Shown here: piece by piece, positions 25,827-39,800 of the stretch | How the letters are laid out: every line of letters starts with the position of its first letter | Position numbering within the stretch: the stretch's first letter is position 1 | DNA from: Dendrobates tinctorius | Taxonomy: Eukaryota | Reading direction: 5' to 3' | DNA length: 64,000 nucleotides | Assembly: GCF_039654945.1 (NCBI RefSeq) | Contig: NW_027361767.1 | Location: 1,550,001 to 1,614,000 of the forward strand | The notes under the pieces: generated by a model | Told to the model about the DNA's origin: nothing | Database searches by the model: none | What the model saw: only the letters and a program-made list of their open reading frames with translations | Position numbers and translations under genes: made by a program

Positions 25827-27696
25827 AAGTGGAAGACGGCCGCCTTGAAATATTTAGGAGTCTTAATACCTGCTGACATTAACGCAACATATGCTCTGAA
25901 CTAAGTTTTCTGCAGGAGCGGGACAATCTTGGACCTTAAACGATATAACAGACCTCAGCTATCTTGGTTCGGATGGGTAGGAGTGATCAAGATGGAAATC
26001 TTGCCCCGATTCCTCTATCTTTTTCAGACGGCTCCTGTGCAGGTCCCGGATTGCTTTTTCAGGCGCCTGCAATCGGCTACCAATAGCTTTATTTGGGGAA
26101 CTAGGAAGCCGCGGACTCGGTTCTCGGTACTAGTGAGACCCAAGACTAAAGGGGGGTAGGCCTCCCTGATTTTAAACATTATTATCAGGCAGTCTTGCTC
26201 TCTAGGATAGTCGATTGGAGGTTTGGCGATGCTCAAACAGTGGGTGTTCTTGGAGAAACTTTTATCGCCCTCTTCTTTGTATTGGCTACCTTGGCTGGGG
26301 GGGATCGGACGCCCGCCTGTGTCAAGTTATGCTCCACTCACACAGGTTGTTCTGAGACAGAGCCTACGTGAAATTACGCCTGACCTCTCGATTGAGCAGA
26401 TTGAGTCCCCTTTTTGACAATCCGGCCTTTCCCCCAGCAATGAATAGATCTACGTTTTTGTGTTGGTCGCGACCTGACGAGGTGGTACTGGGTCAGGTGA
26501 GGGATAAACTTGCGGGGCTCTCCGATGTGAGGGGGTTGCGGGGCCCTGGTCAAACGACGCCGCTGTCCTGGCTGGAGTTTCTGCAATTGCGGAGCTTCCT
26601 TCTCAGTTTACCATTAGGGGCGCCAACGCCATTTGAGTCTCTGATGCTCCCTACCGAGGGTCCCTCTCATGTGGTTTCGGCGCTCTATGGCCTGGTCTTG
26701 AACTCGCTTCCCTCTACTACGCTCGGCTTCATGGAGGCTTGGGAGAGGGACCTGGGGATCACCTTTTCTGAGGCAGATAGTTTAAAAATATTCACTCTCG
26801 CGCACAAGATGACAATGTCCAGTCAGTCGCAGGAGAGGAATTCTAAATTGCTGACGCGCTGGTATAGATGTCCCACACTTCTCCATAGAATTAACCCGGA
26901 GACCCCGGATACCTGTTGGAGATGTGGATCCGCAGCAGGCTCTATGCTTCATGTTTGGTGGTCCTGTGGTCTCCTGCAACCCTTCTGGAGCTCGGTGTTT
27001 GATGCCTTTCATCTGATGACTGGGGTCCGCCATGAGCCCTCCCCCCAAATTGCCCTACTATCCCTGATTCCCAATTCGATAGCTTTGGTTAAAAAGGGGA
27101 TTCTAAGAATCTGTTTAACGGCTGCCAGAGCGGTTATTCCTCGGCATTGGAGGTCCACTGAGGTTCCCTCCACGGAGGAATGGATATCTGAAATGGAGAG
27201 ACTTCATCGTCTGGAGTCAATGGTGGCGGTGATGTTGCATGTGAACAGGGGCGCACCTGGTTCCTCTGGCAATCCTTCAAGGAGAGCGCGGGGTTCCTGA
27301 ACTGGCTACGTACATATTCACAACCCTCAATACGTGGACACTGATGCTATTGGGTCCCCTTTAACCCTCTCCCTCCCTACTCCTCCCTTTCTTCCTATTC
27401 CACCCCCCTTCTTTCTTTTTTTTTTCTTTCCTTCGTTCTCTCTTCTCTCTTTTTATCTTGCTTTCCTTCTTCTATCTCTATAACTGCTTTTCTTACAGGT
27501 TATTTACTTTGTTTATAAGGTTCATATCTGGAGATGTTTTTCAGGATAGCAAGCATGTATCCTATATATGCCAGAGTCCTTGTTTGGCTATAAGTGTGCT
27601 GCTTTTAATGTTTAGCCTTGGACATGGTAAATGGCTCTCTGTACTGCTTTTACTGTTTAAAAAAAAAAAAAAAAACTTCAATAAATATATATTTAC
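25827..27696 (+). mobile_element. 5'-truncated L1-clade LINE
   Basis: Degraded ORF2 C-terminus (KYLGV, LPRFLYLFQ, CWRC..H.WWSC), 3' UTR, AATAAA at 27680. 16-bp TSD tgaaaatatattttat at 25811-25826 and 27697-27712. Confidence 0.92.
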
Positions 27697-27802
27697 TGAA
27701 AATATATTTTATTTGAAACCTGTCACACAGAGTACAAGGTGTTAGTAAGGCAGCTGTGGAGATCCCCCCCCCCCCCCCCCATAGGGAGACTGCTGTGATC
27801 CA

Positions 27803-30800
27803 CTACTCCCAACCGGCATATTTTCTGTACTGGACGGTAGCCAGGAAGGTGCGGATCTCCATGGGGTTCAGTGTGATGTTTGTGGGGTCCAGGAAGAAAG
27901 AATCATCTCCTCGGGGCAAATCAGAAGCTGCAGAGAAAAGAAAAATAGATTAATATTTGAGAAAAATCATCTTCATTAAAAGGTATGAATACTTTTGCAA
28001 CCATTAGTTTTTAAACTCAATGCATCAAAACTATCCAAAAAGCGCATAGAAGACGATGACAACTAAAGACTTCGACTCAACCAGATGCATCGCTCGGCAT
28101 AGGAGCTACCGACCAAAAACCGTTTTGTCTTTTTTTCCCTAGGTGGACTGGGTGGTTTGGGTTTTGCAGAGGAGCAAATATAATCCTCTAGAGAAGGTGC
28201 CTGCAACAGTGTCTGAGGTTATCACAGCAAAGATTTTGTTTTGATCCATTAAAACCTACATAAAATGGTCACGATTTCCATCTCTTTCCTGAATTTTTTT
28301 TTTTTTTTAAATTTGTTTATTAACCATAAGCCGTTATATAATACACACATCCAGTACAAGATGTCAAGTTTGATACAGAATGGATATTAGTTCAGATAAC
28401 ATAAAAACATGAAGCATAATATGTGCATCAATTGTGTGTAAATAAAGCAAACATTACATCAACTGAATCACAGTAGTATTGTGTTATGTTATTTTATTAT
28501 ACCAGTGATAAAACCTGCCTGGCTTCTAAACCCTCCTACCTACATCTACTAAACTATCCCGCAGCCTACATCTATAGAAAGAGCAGTTTACTGTGCGACA
28601 TCTCCCCTCTGAAAAGTGAGGTGAGAGGAGTTCCACCTCTCCCAAATCTTCTCGAATTTACCCGGGCACCCTCTATTCTGATAGTGTACGTTCATATGGG
28701 ATAATAGAATTTACCAGATAGATCCAGGACCCAAGAGAAGGAGGCGAACCCCCCCCCATCCACCGTAATGCTAGTATCTTCCGTGCCATGAACAGTGTCT
28801 TCCGCAAAAAAAATCCCAACATAATGACCCCATGCTTCCTCATCCCACACTCCAAAAAGACAGATCAGTGGCTCAAGGGGAACTGGGGTTTGTACCAAGG
28901 ACGTTAAGACGTCACCCCTCTCCAGTATTGCGCAACAACAGGACAGCACCAGATCATATGGATAAAGTCTGCACCTATTGAATGACAGCTCAAACATTCC
29001 GATGACGGGTATCGGCCCATCTTAAAGAGTCGAACTGGAGTCAAATATGACTGATTAATAATATATAACGGTATCATCCTGTTGTTGGCAGACGGAGATA
29101 CCCATATTGGTGACTCCAGGATTTCTTCCCATTCCTCACCCTGTGTATCTGGGATGAGCCTCTCCCATTTCTTCTTAAAAGAATCTAAGGCACCTTCTGT
29201 CCCCACTGACATGTACGTATATAGAGATGAGACCTTGAGGGCCCTGTGATTTGAGAATCCCTACTCTTTCCTGAATTTGTGATACATCAGTTTGTCCCAC
29301 AGAGCTGCGCTCAGAATTCTGAACCGTCATCTGTAAAGCTGAGCTGACAGAGGTGGTGGTATTATGTCCCATCTCCGGCTCTCACCTCCTTCCGCTCTCC
29401 AGCGTGGACGGTGCATCTTACTCTTTGGCAGATTTGCAGACAGAGTCATTTCTTCTACCTCGGACAAGGCGATGGTGGAGAACAGATCCTGCGTGACCAG
29501 AAATCAGAGCGGATCAGGACGCGGGAGTCCACACGTTATATACTGGACGGGTCGGCTACGGGCTGAGGTCTCACCTGGAGATTGATGGTGACCGGCTGGG
29601 AGTAGTTCCTGCTCTCGTGTCCCTGGAAGGGGTGCTCCAACCGGAGGAGAAGCCGATTTGGTTCATGCAGAGCGAGAGTGAGGAGGTGCACGTTGCTGGG
29701 GAGAGGGGACCGCAGCGCTGAGAACTGTGGGCAAAGTGAGACAGTAAGTGCACATAAGAGGGAAAGGATATTTTGTGGGGTCCAATACAGGATAATGGTT
29801 GGGGAGGTTGCAAGGACTGTTTCAGGCCCAGGACGGGGATGTGGCTACAGATAATGTCTCCCCTATAGCGACACCACCGATAATAAGACATGTCAGAGGG
29901 ACCCCCAATATATAACCCAGAGGCACGTACCTGGTTGGCGGGGCCGTCCTGTGAGCTATAAGGCACCCCATCTCCAGAGGAAAGGATGACTTGGGGCGAC
30001 ATGTATTCCTGTAGCGCCAGAGTCCGATGCAAGTCTGCAGAATCTTGTGGGGTGTCCAACAGCAGCAAATGTCTTCCCCGCACTACAATCCCCTCACCGT
30101 ACGGCCCAGGCTCCAGCAGCGGCTCTGCCACCCCTCGGGCATCGTCGTACAGGAGACGTCTGTGAACCTGGCAGGAAAGAAGAGGTGATGGCACATGTTA
30201 GATCAGGAACATAGGAAACGTAAACACCTTCATAATGACAAAAAAAATAATTCTTCCCCCCCAAAAGTTTTTTTTCCCCCCTTTAACATTCATTGCAGTT
30301 GCTCACCATCAGCTCCAGTGACCCGTCAGCGATGCTGGATCCTCCCTGTGATCGGTCCGTCAATACTGTGAACTGAATATTTTTGTCCTGCAAGACAAAA
30401 TGGACCCTTCAGACACCTCATCTGCTATGAGATGGATGGGGGGCTGCAGGGATGTAATATGGCTTCTCTGGGCAAGAGTCACTCTGCGTGGTCAGAGCCT
30501 ACAGGACAAGCTGATGAGAGTTATCCTCCGACAGCTCTAATCATCAATTACCTTCATATAGATCCGGCTTGTCACGGGGTAATAGTTTCCAGCTATGGGC
30601 TCAGTCTGTACCAGCAGCCAGGTTTCCCGAAAGTCTCGCCTAGGTGAAAAAATAAAAGTGAGGGGAAGCGGGGTAACATGACATCTGGTCCTCCGCCACA
30701 GGGCAAAACGGGAGGTGGGAGCCGAGTGACGCTGCGTCTGCTCCTCCGCCACTGGGCGACAGACGGGAGGTGGGAGCCGAGTGACGCTGCGTCTGCTCCT

Positions 30801-33800
30801 CCGCCACTGGGCGACAGACGGGAGGTGGGAGCCGAGTGACGCTGCGTCTGCTCCTCCGCCACTGGGCGACAGACGGGAGGTGGGAGCCGAGTGACGCTGC
30901 GTCTGCTCCTCCGCCACAGGCTGAGTCACCTTCTCTGCAGAACCTGTCTTCCATTTGCATCCGTATAAAACATGCCATTGGTCTGTAACGCGGAGTCAAA
31001 GCGACTGATCACTTCTTTTCCTCTGTTGTCCCTGAAATGAGAAGAAGCCATTTATACTCTGATATTGGGATGCACCCTGGGATTCTCCTTCAGAATCAGT
31101 CCGCACTCACCCCAAAGGAATAGGCCCCACCGTCCACTCCAGTTCCACGTGGCGCTGGTCCGAGTACAGCCGGACCACTTGTGAGCACCAGGAGGAGAAG
31201 TTCTGGTAGACCTCCTGCACCAGGGTGTTCTGCACACAAGCACACCGCACTTACTGACTGCAGTCCGACCATTGCAGAAGAATGCTCTGCAGCCACATAC
31301 TACACAACGTACAAGAAAAAGAGAACTCTACCTGCACCAGGTAACTGCGGACAGTCTGCGTCACAGGGAAAGGGGTGGACTGGTTGGGTCTGAAGATATA
31401 AGCTCCAGAGGTCTGCACACTGTCCTCATTGCCAATGCTAGCGTTATACCTGTGGGAGAATAGGGGTGGCAGTCCTGGTGAAGGATGACTAACATGCAAT
31501 TTCTTACATTAAGATACTGCTGTCACACAAACTACACCCCATCGTTAGCCCCTTTCTGCTGCAGCCAATTTTGCTTTTTTTCTCCCCTTCTTCCAAGAGC
31601 CATTCATTTTTAGTATTTCGCTTATCGACCTCGCCGGACGATGGCAGGATGACGCTATTTATTGTATCATGTACTGAAACTCCTGAGGCCGCACTAATAA
31701 AGATTCTCACCAGTAAAAGTTGTGTGTTATAGGTAAAGAGATCCCCTTCTCCAGATTATGAATGGCTGAGATTAATCCGGTTTCCGGGTGAAATTCCACT
31801 CTGTAATACTGGAGAGAGCGGGAACAGTCAGCGGATCACTCACACAAGCGGCGGAGGCGAAGCTGGATTACTATTCTATGACGCACTTTATTCTCCATCT
31901 TTGCAGGACTCGTCCTCTTATTTGTCTTTGTGAAGAATCTCTCCTGCACAGACACTTTCTGAACGGTGAACTTGCTGAAACCTAAAGGAGGAATCTCCGC
32001 CTGGAATATGAGCTCTCGCTCAGCCGCTCCCTGGTCCCTGCGGACGTCTTTTGTGAAATTAGAAATAGGAGTCACCTGGAAATTGGAAGATGGGATGATG
32101 AGGATAGCCAAAGAGAGAAGGAAAGAACACCTCAAAATCAAAACAATCCTTTCCTATTCACCGTTAATAAGCAAATCCTCCGCAACACACGAGATAGACA
32201 TATGTATGTATGAAAAACAGAATCACAAGCAGCACAGAGTAATCCCGCAGCATGATGGAAAACCTCACATCTCACCTCACTGGGAACAATGGCCCCCGAG
32301 GAGCCTTTTACTGTGTAGACAAAGCCATTGACTGGAAGACGAGCGATCCACGTTACTGCACGTCCCAGCGGGTTATATAGGAACACATTAAACTGTAAGG
32401 AGGAGAAAATGTAATAAGCTACAAGGCGAATTATGGGAAACTCAAATTCTATGCAACAGTCCAATCTGCAGAGTAAAAGAAGCCACACTAACTATCCTGT
32501 ATTCTACTCCAGAGCTGCACTCACTATTCTGCTGGTGCAGTCACTGTGTACATACATTACTGATCCTGAGTTACATCCTGTATTATACCCCAGAGCTGCA
32601 CTCACTATTCTGCTGGTGCAGTCACTGTATACATACATTACTGATCCTGAGTTACATCCTGTATTCTACTCCAGAGCTGCACTCACTATTCTGCTGGTGC
32701 AGTCACTGTGTACATACATTACTGATCCTGAGTTACATCCTGTATTATACCCCAGAGCTGCACTCACTATTCTGCTGGTGCAGTCACTGTATACATACAT
32801 TACTGATCCTGAGTTACATCCTGTATTCTACTCCAGAGCTGCACTCACTATTCTGCTGGTGCAGACACTGTGTACATACATTACTGATCCTGAGTTACAC
32901 CCTGTATTATACCCCAGAGCTGCACTCACTAGTCTGCTGGTGCAGTCACTGTGTGCATACATTACATTACTGATCCTGAGTTACATCCTGCATTATACTC
33001 CAGAGCTGCACTCACTATTCTGCTGGTGCAGTCACTGTGTGCATACATTACATTACTGATCCTGAGTTACATCCTGTATTATACCCCAGAGCTGCACTCA
33101 CTAGTCTGCTGGTGCAGTCACTGTGTGCATACATTACTGATCCTGAGTTACATCCTGTATTATACTCCAGAGCGGCACTCACTATTCTGCTGGTGCAGTC
33201 ACTGTGTACATACATTACTGATCCTGAGTTACCTCCTGTATTATACTCCAGAGCTGCACTCACTATTCTGCTGGTGCAGTATCTGTGTACATACATTACA
33301 TTACTGATCCTGAGTTACATCCTGCATTATACTCCAGAGCTGCACTCACTATTCTGCTGGTGCAGTATCTGTGTACATACATTACATTACTGATCCTGAG
33401 TTACATCCTGCATTATACCCCAGAGCTGCACTCACTATTCTGCTGGTGCAGTCACTGTGTACATACATTACTGATCCTGAGTGACATCCTGTATTATACT
33501 CCAGAGCTGCACTCACTATTCTGCTGGTTCAGTCAAAGTGTACATACATTACTGATCCTGAGTTACCTCCTGTATTATACCCCAGAGCTGCACTCACTAT
33601 TCTGCTGGTGCAGTCACTGTGTACATACATTACATTACTGATCCTGAGTTACATCCTGTATTATACTCCAGAGCTGCACTCACTATTCTGCTGGTGCAGT
33701 CACTGTGTACATACATTACATTACTGATCCTGAGTTACATCCTGTATTATACTCCAGAGCTGCACTCACTATTCTGCTGGTGCAGTCACTGTGTACATAC

Positions 33801-36800
33801 ATTACATTACTGATCCTGAGTTACATCCTGTATTATACCCCAGAGCTGCACTCACTATTCTGCTGGTGCAGTCACTGTGTACATACATTACATTACTGAT
33901 CCTGAGTTACCTCCTGTATTATACCCCAGAGCTGCACTCACTATTCTGCTGGTGCAGTCACTGTGTACATACATTACATTACTGATCCTGTACTAATCCT
34001 GTATTATACTCCAGAGCTGCACTCACTATTCTGCTGGTGCAGTCACTGTGTACATACATTACTGATCCTGAGTGACATCCTGTATTATACTCCAGAGCTG
34101 CACTCACTATTCTGCTGGTTCAGTCAAAGTGTACATACATTACTGATCCTGAGTTACCTCCTGTATTATACCCCAGAGCTGCACTCACTATTCTGCTGGT
34201 GCAGTCACTGTGTACATACATTACATTACTGATCCTGAGTTACATCCTGTATTATACCCCAGAGCTGCACTCACTATTCTGCTGGTGCAGTCACTGTGTA
34301 CATACATTACATTACTGATCCTGAGTTACCTCCTGTATTATACCCCAGAGCTGCACTCACTATTCTGCTGGTGCAGTCACTGTGTGCATACATTACATTA
34401 CTGATCCTGAGTTACATCCTGTATTATACCCCAGAGCTGCACTCACTATTCTGCTGGTGCAGCCACTGTGTACATACATTACTGATCCTGAGTTACCTCC
34501 TGTATTATACCTCAGAGCTGCACTCACTATTCTGCTGGGGAAGTCACTGTGCATACATTATCTTGTAATGGACTCACATTTTTAGCCTCCTCCGTGGTCG
34601 GGCACACACTGATGTTCAGTAAATTGCAAAATGTAAAACTTTCCTTGGTCCCTGTCATGCTGGAGAGCGCGTTACTGATCACAACCTGCAAGATGATAAA
34701 CGCAGAAGAGATGCTGGGAGGACACAAGGCAGGATAATACAATAAGTGTAAGCTGCAGTGTATCTATGTGTGTACTATGGCGCCAGCTGAGTGTCCATAA
34801 CAAAAATGATTAAATCATGCATGAAATGTACCATCACAAAGCATTAACATAATAACATCGTCACTAGCCCTTTAAGAACTGATACCATTTCATCAGAAAA
34901 ATAATTATCTCTCGATTTGACAATCCATAAGAAGCAATTCTTCCAAAGTTAAAGTACTGGGTGATGTTACCTGGCACGACTCCCATCCTCTATACAGCTG
35001 CAAGGTGTAGTCATCATTCACATGCTGCTTCGCTGTTCCAGTGACTGCATCATGGTGCTGAGCTACTCCCATGGCGCGTCCTGAAAAAAAAAAAAAAAAA
35101 AATCAAATCTGGAGCCGGGTTACTGTAATAAGAGGTTACAGGGTAATAAGAGGATCAGGAGCCGGGTTACTGTAATAAGAGGTTACAGGGTAATAAGAGG
35201 ATCAGGAGCCGGGTTACTGTAATAAGAGGTTACAGGGTAATAAGAGGATCAGGAGCCGGGTTACTGCAATAAGGGGTTACAGGGGTAATAAGAGGATCAG
35301 GAGCCGGGTTACTGTAATAAGAGGTTACAGGGTAATAAGAGGATCAGGAGCCGGGTTACTGCAATAAGGGGTTACAGGGGTAATAAGAGGATCAGGGGCC
35401 GGGTTACTGTAATAAGAGGTTACAGGGTAATAAGAGGATCAGGAGCCGGGTTACTGTAATAAGAGGTTACAGGGGTAATAAGAGGATCAGGAGCCGGGTT
35501 ACTGTAATAAGAGGTTACAGGGGTAATAAGAGGATCAGGAGTCGGGTTACTGTAATAGGAGGATACAGGGGTAATAAGAGGATCAGGAGTCGGGTTACTG
35601 TAATAGGAGGATACAGGGGTAATAAGAGGATCAGGAGCCGGGTTACTGTAATAAGAGGTTACAGGGGTAATAAGAGGATCAGGAGCCGGGTTACTGTAAT
35701 AAGAGGTTACAGGGGTAATAAGAGGATCAGGAGCCGGGTTACTGTAATAAGCGGTTACAGGGGTAATAAGAGGATCAGGAGCCGGGTTACTGTAATAAGA
35801 GGTTACAGGGTAATAAGAGGATCAGGAGCCGGGTTACTGTAATAAGAGGTTACAGGGTAATAAGAGGATCAGGAGCTGGGTTACTGTAATAAGAGGTTAC
35901 AGGGGTAATAAGAGGATCAGGAGCCGGGTTACTGTAATAATAGGTTACAGGGGTAATAAGAGGATCAGGAGCCGGGTTACTGTAATAAGAGGTTACAGGG
36001 GTAATAAGAGGATCAGGAGCCGGGTTACTGTAATAAGAGGTTACAGGGGTAATAAGAGGATCAGGAGCCGGGTTACTGTAATAAGAGGTTACAGGGGTAA
36101 TAAGAGGATCAGGAGCCGGGTTACTGTAATAAGAGGTTACAGGGGTAATAAGAGGATCAGGAGTCGGGTTACTGTAATAATAGGTTACAGGGGTAATAAG
36201 GGGATCAGGAGCCGGGTTACTGTAATAAGAGGATGACAGGACACTCACTTAACGCTGTGCTACTGCTAGTCCCGTACGGTCCGTGTGCGGCTGCTGCTCC
36301 GGTTATGGCCTCCAGCTGGTTGCAGACCTGGTCATACAGATTATTACGTAGCTCAGATCTCAGGGTGGCGACATCTCCTCCATGTTCAGTTACATATAAT
36401 ACATTTTCACCTGCAGGAAGTTATTGCTGAGCCTTTCATAGCGCTTGAATGCTGGCCGGCTGGTGAAATATCCTGTCCAGAACATGTGTGGACCATCCGC
36501 ATATGGAAAGAAGTCGTCCATCTTCATGGGCCTGAAATAAGGAGATGGAGGGATACTCCGTGAGGAGCCGGCGGGCAGACTGGGCCGCAGGATAGTGGAC
36601 CCTCCCTATAAGCGCAGACTCACCAGCTCAGGTTGGCCCGGTTTAGTGCCGTCAGGTAGCAGCTCGGGGTGGAGTAAATCACATTCACGTTGCTTCCATT
36701 CACTTGCTATAACGAAAAACGTAAATCAGTGAAGAGTCCCCAACCCCCAACAGATAAAGGGGCATAAGCAGCGCCCCACCTGAGCGTTCACCAGACTTAT

Positions 36801-39800
36801 AAGTTTGTCCATGTTCTTATACCAGGGGATGGCATTCTCATACTGGAAGTCAGAGCCCATGGTCATCACTATGTGACTGGAGCGATACTTGGCCGCCTGC
36901 GGGGAAAAATACAGAAGGGGCAAATTTTGCCCCACAAAAATATAGTCACTCCCAAAAACTGCTCCTGTGACCCCGGCCCCCCGCTACGCCACAGCACCAA
37001 GTAGTATGTATTACCTGCAGTCTCACGGTCTTCAGAAATGACTGTACCACGGCGCCCACATTATTGTCCTCCATCTGCGGATCATCCATTATCGGGGGGT
37101 CCGCACACAACTGATCCCAGCAGAAACCGTCCGGAGGGTTGTAGCCATTGGGCAAAACACCTGGTGACAATGCAAACATCAATAATGCTTGTGTCCTAGG
37201 AGTTCCCAGGAGTGATGTAGCAGAGCTAGAACTGTCACGATACTCTTAGGGTCCGATATATGTGGCAGCCTGTGATGGTGCAAACCCAGGTTTTGCTCTA
37301 TGACAGCTGCATCACTTGCAGCCCTATGTAAGCCTCTAATTAAAGAGGAGTCTACTTAGCTGCCAAGTGACATTCATCGCTGCCTTATCTCAGAACAGGT
37401 CTTCCAATGACCGCAGGAGATACTCGCTGTATGACGCCATTATATCATTCTAGGTGACTGACCGGTGAACAGGTCGGCAGCGGGCGCAGCCAGGTCATCA
37501 CTGCCCCTCCAGATCATCTCCATTTCTTTCTTGCTCGCACGATTCGATTTGTCCTGATAATCCAACCGCCCGAAGAACAATCCATCATATCCCATCTGCC
37601 AAACACGAGCAGAGGATGTCAGGTGCGCAGTATAGCATTACCGTACATATGGGGGGCTGAATTATAGCAGTTACAGAGGGTGAAGTATTGAACATGACAT
37701 CAATTTCCTAACGGTGCTATTGACATGAAATTCTCCCCAGATCTCAGTAACATCCCATCCAATCCACACAGGCAAAAAAATCATCCATCGATGTCCATAA
37801 ATGAAGTTATGAGTAACAATGAGGAACGACACAGGGAAGAAGTATTGGATACGCTTACTGAAATGTATTTAATATTTTGTACAAAAGCCTTTGGTGATCA
37901 TGAATGGAGAAACTAGTCGCAGGCATTGCTCAGGTGTGATTTTGTCCCATTCTGCCACACAAACAATCTCTGCATGCTTTTTGTTTTGTTTTAAACTTCT
38001 TTTTATTAATTTTAAACAAGAAGAGATTACATTTCATGCGACGAGATTCATTTCCATCAGATTCATAATTAATATGACCAGTCTCACTGAACAATTCTCA
38101 GCGTTTTCCTAATTACTGCTTATTACAATTTGCTGTTGATAGAACAAGCAGCTGCAATGCTTCAGAACCTTCTGAGAATAAAAGTCCAATACAAGGTCAT
38201 TGACATAAATTTCGAATAAATATGTCTGTAGCTGTCGCACTAAAATATGAAGTTTTAGCTAAACAGACAGAATAGAAGAAAGGGACAGTGCAGATTCTAG
38301 AGAGGAAGAGAGTTTGGGGGCAGGGTGGAGACCAGTGGGGAGTAATGTCCGGCCAGCCGCGAATTCACTTTATTCGCTCGATAGATCAACCCATGCTGCT
38401 TTCTGCATAAATTGAAGATATTTTACTGAGAGTTTAGTAGTTTTAAGTTCTCATCTGTTTCTCTAAAGAGCGTCCATGGCGCCCAGATCAGGCTGAACTT
38501 GTCCCAACGGTCGTGCTAGCTGTTATTTCTTCAGTATGGTATATCTGATTGACTTTCTGTAGCCATTCTGCCGGAGGACGGTTCTGAGATATCCAGTATA
38601 GAGGAATTAGCATTTTAGCTGCTGCTAATAAATACATAAGAAGTTTTTTGTGTTTAAATTGTGCCAATTCACCAAACCAATTCAAGAAGATCCATTTTTT
38701 CAAGGATGGGGGGTTTGGGAGTTGACAAAGTTTTGTTGAAATTTTAAGCAAATCTCTCCAAAATGGCCGAATTTTATCGCACTGCCACCAAATGTGCGTA
38801 TACGATCCAGTCTCTCCAAGGCATCTCCAACAATCCGAGGATGCCTCAGGCTGCCACTTCTTTCTAGTGTCAGGGGAGGAGTACCACCTGGTAAGGACTT
38901 TGTAAGAGTTTTCTTGGACCTTCACACAGCCAGAAGGACCATGCGAGTGTTTATATATCTCGTCAACCTCCCATTCTTGCAATTCATCCCCAAGGTCTCT
39001 CTCCCACTTTAATATGAACGCTCTTTTAGCTGAGGTAGAGTGGGTCAAGAGCCTCTGATAAAGCTTACCCAGCACGCCCTTTGGTTTATTTGTCTGGGTT
39101 ATCAAGTTTTCAAAAGCAGTCAACTCTCTGAATGGGAGTCCAGATTGTAAAAATGACCTGAGCGAATTTTTGAGCCTGTTGTAATGAAGAACGTTAATAT
39201 GGTAGTGCGGGAATTTCGCTTGTAAATCTTGTAAAGGGAGGATCGCTCCATCTTCCATAAGATCGTCCAGACTTTCGCTTATCTTATGTAATGAGTCTGT
39301 GTCTTTAATATAGGGGCGGTCTAAATAGAGGCCAGGTAGGTCCCTTACTTTTATCAGAGGAGATGGGAGCGGCATCAGTGAGGATGAGAATTTAGACCAG
39401 GACTTAATCAAGTTCTTGGTTATTGCGTTTTGGGAGAAAACTTTTTTTAAAGAGACCGTAGACGAGTGGAGTATAGTAGAGATTGGTACTGATAATGACT
39501 TCGCCATTCCTGTCCAGAGTTTGTGATCGCTGTCCCTCACCCAGTCAGTTAGTAGTGATAAAGTTGCCGCTGTGTGGTATTTTTGTGGATCTGGTGTTCC
39601 CATACCCCCTTTGTGTTTAGGCAGGGAAAGTGAGTTATAACTTATTCTGGGTTTTAAACTCCCCCATATGTATCTTCCTAAAAGAGACCGAACCCTCTGG
39701 AAGAACAAGTCAGGAGCTGTAATTGGTAACATTCTGGAGATGTAACTGTACTTGGGTAAAAGGAACCCTTTGATGAGGTTTTTTCTCCCCATCCAGGAGA

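Noticed and set aside
32433-34585. Repeated [12 protein letters not shown] ORFs and a CRISPR-like look
   Set aside because: Head-to-tail tandem repeat with no unique spacers, in an intron of a eukaryotic gene.
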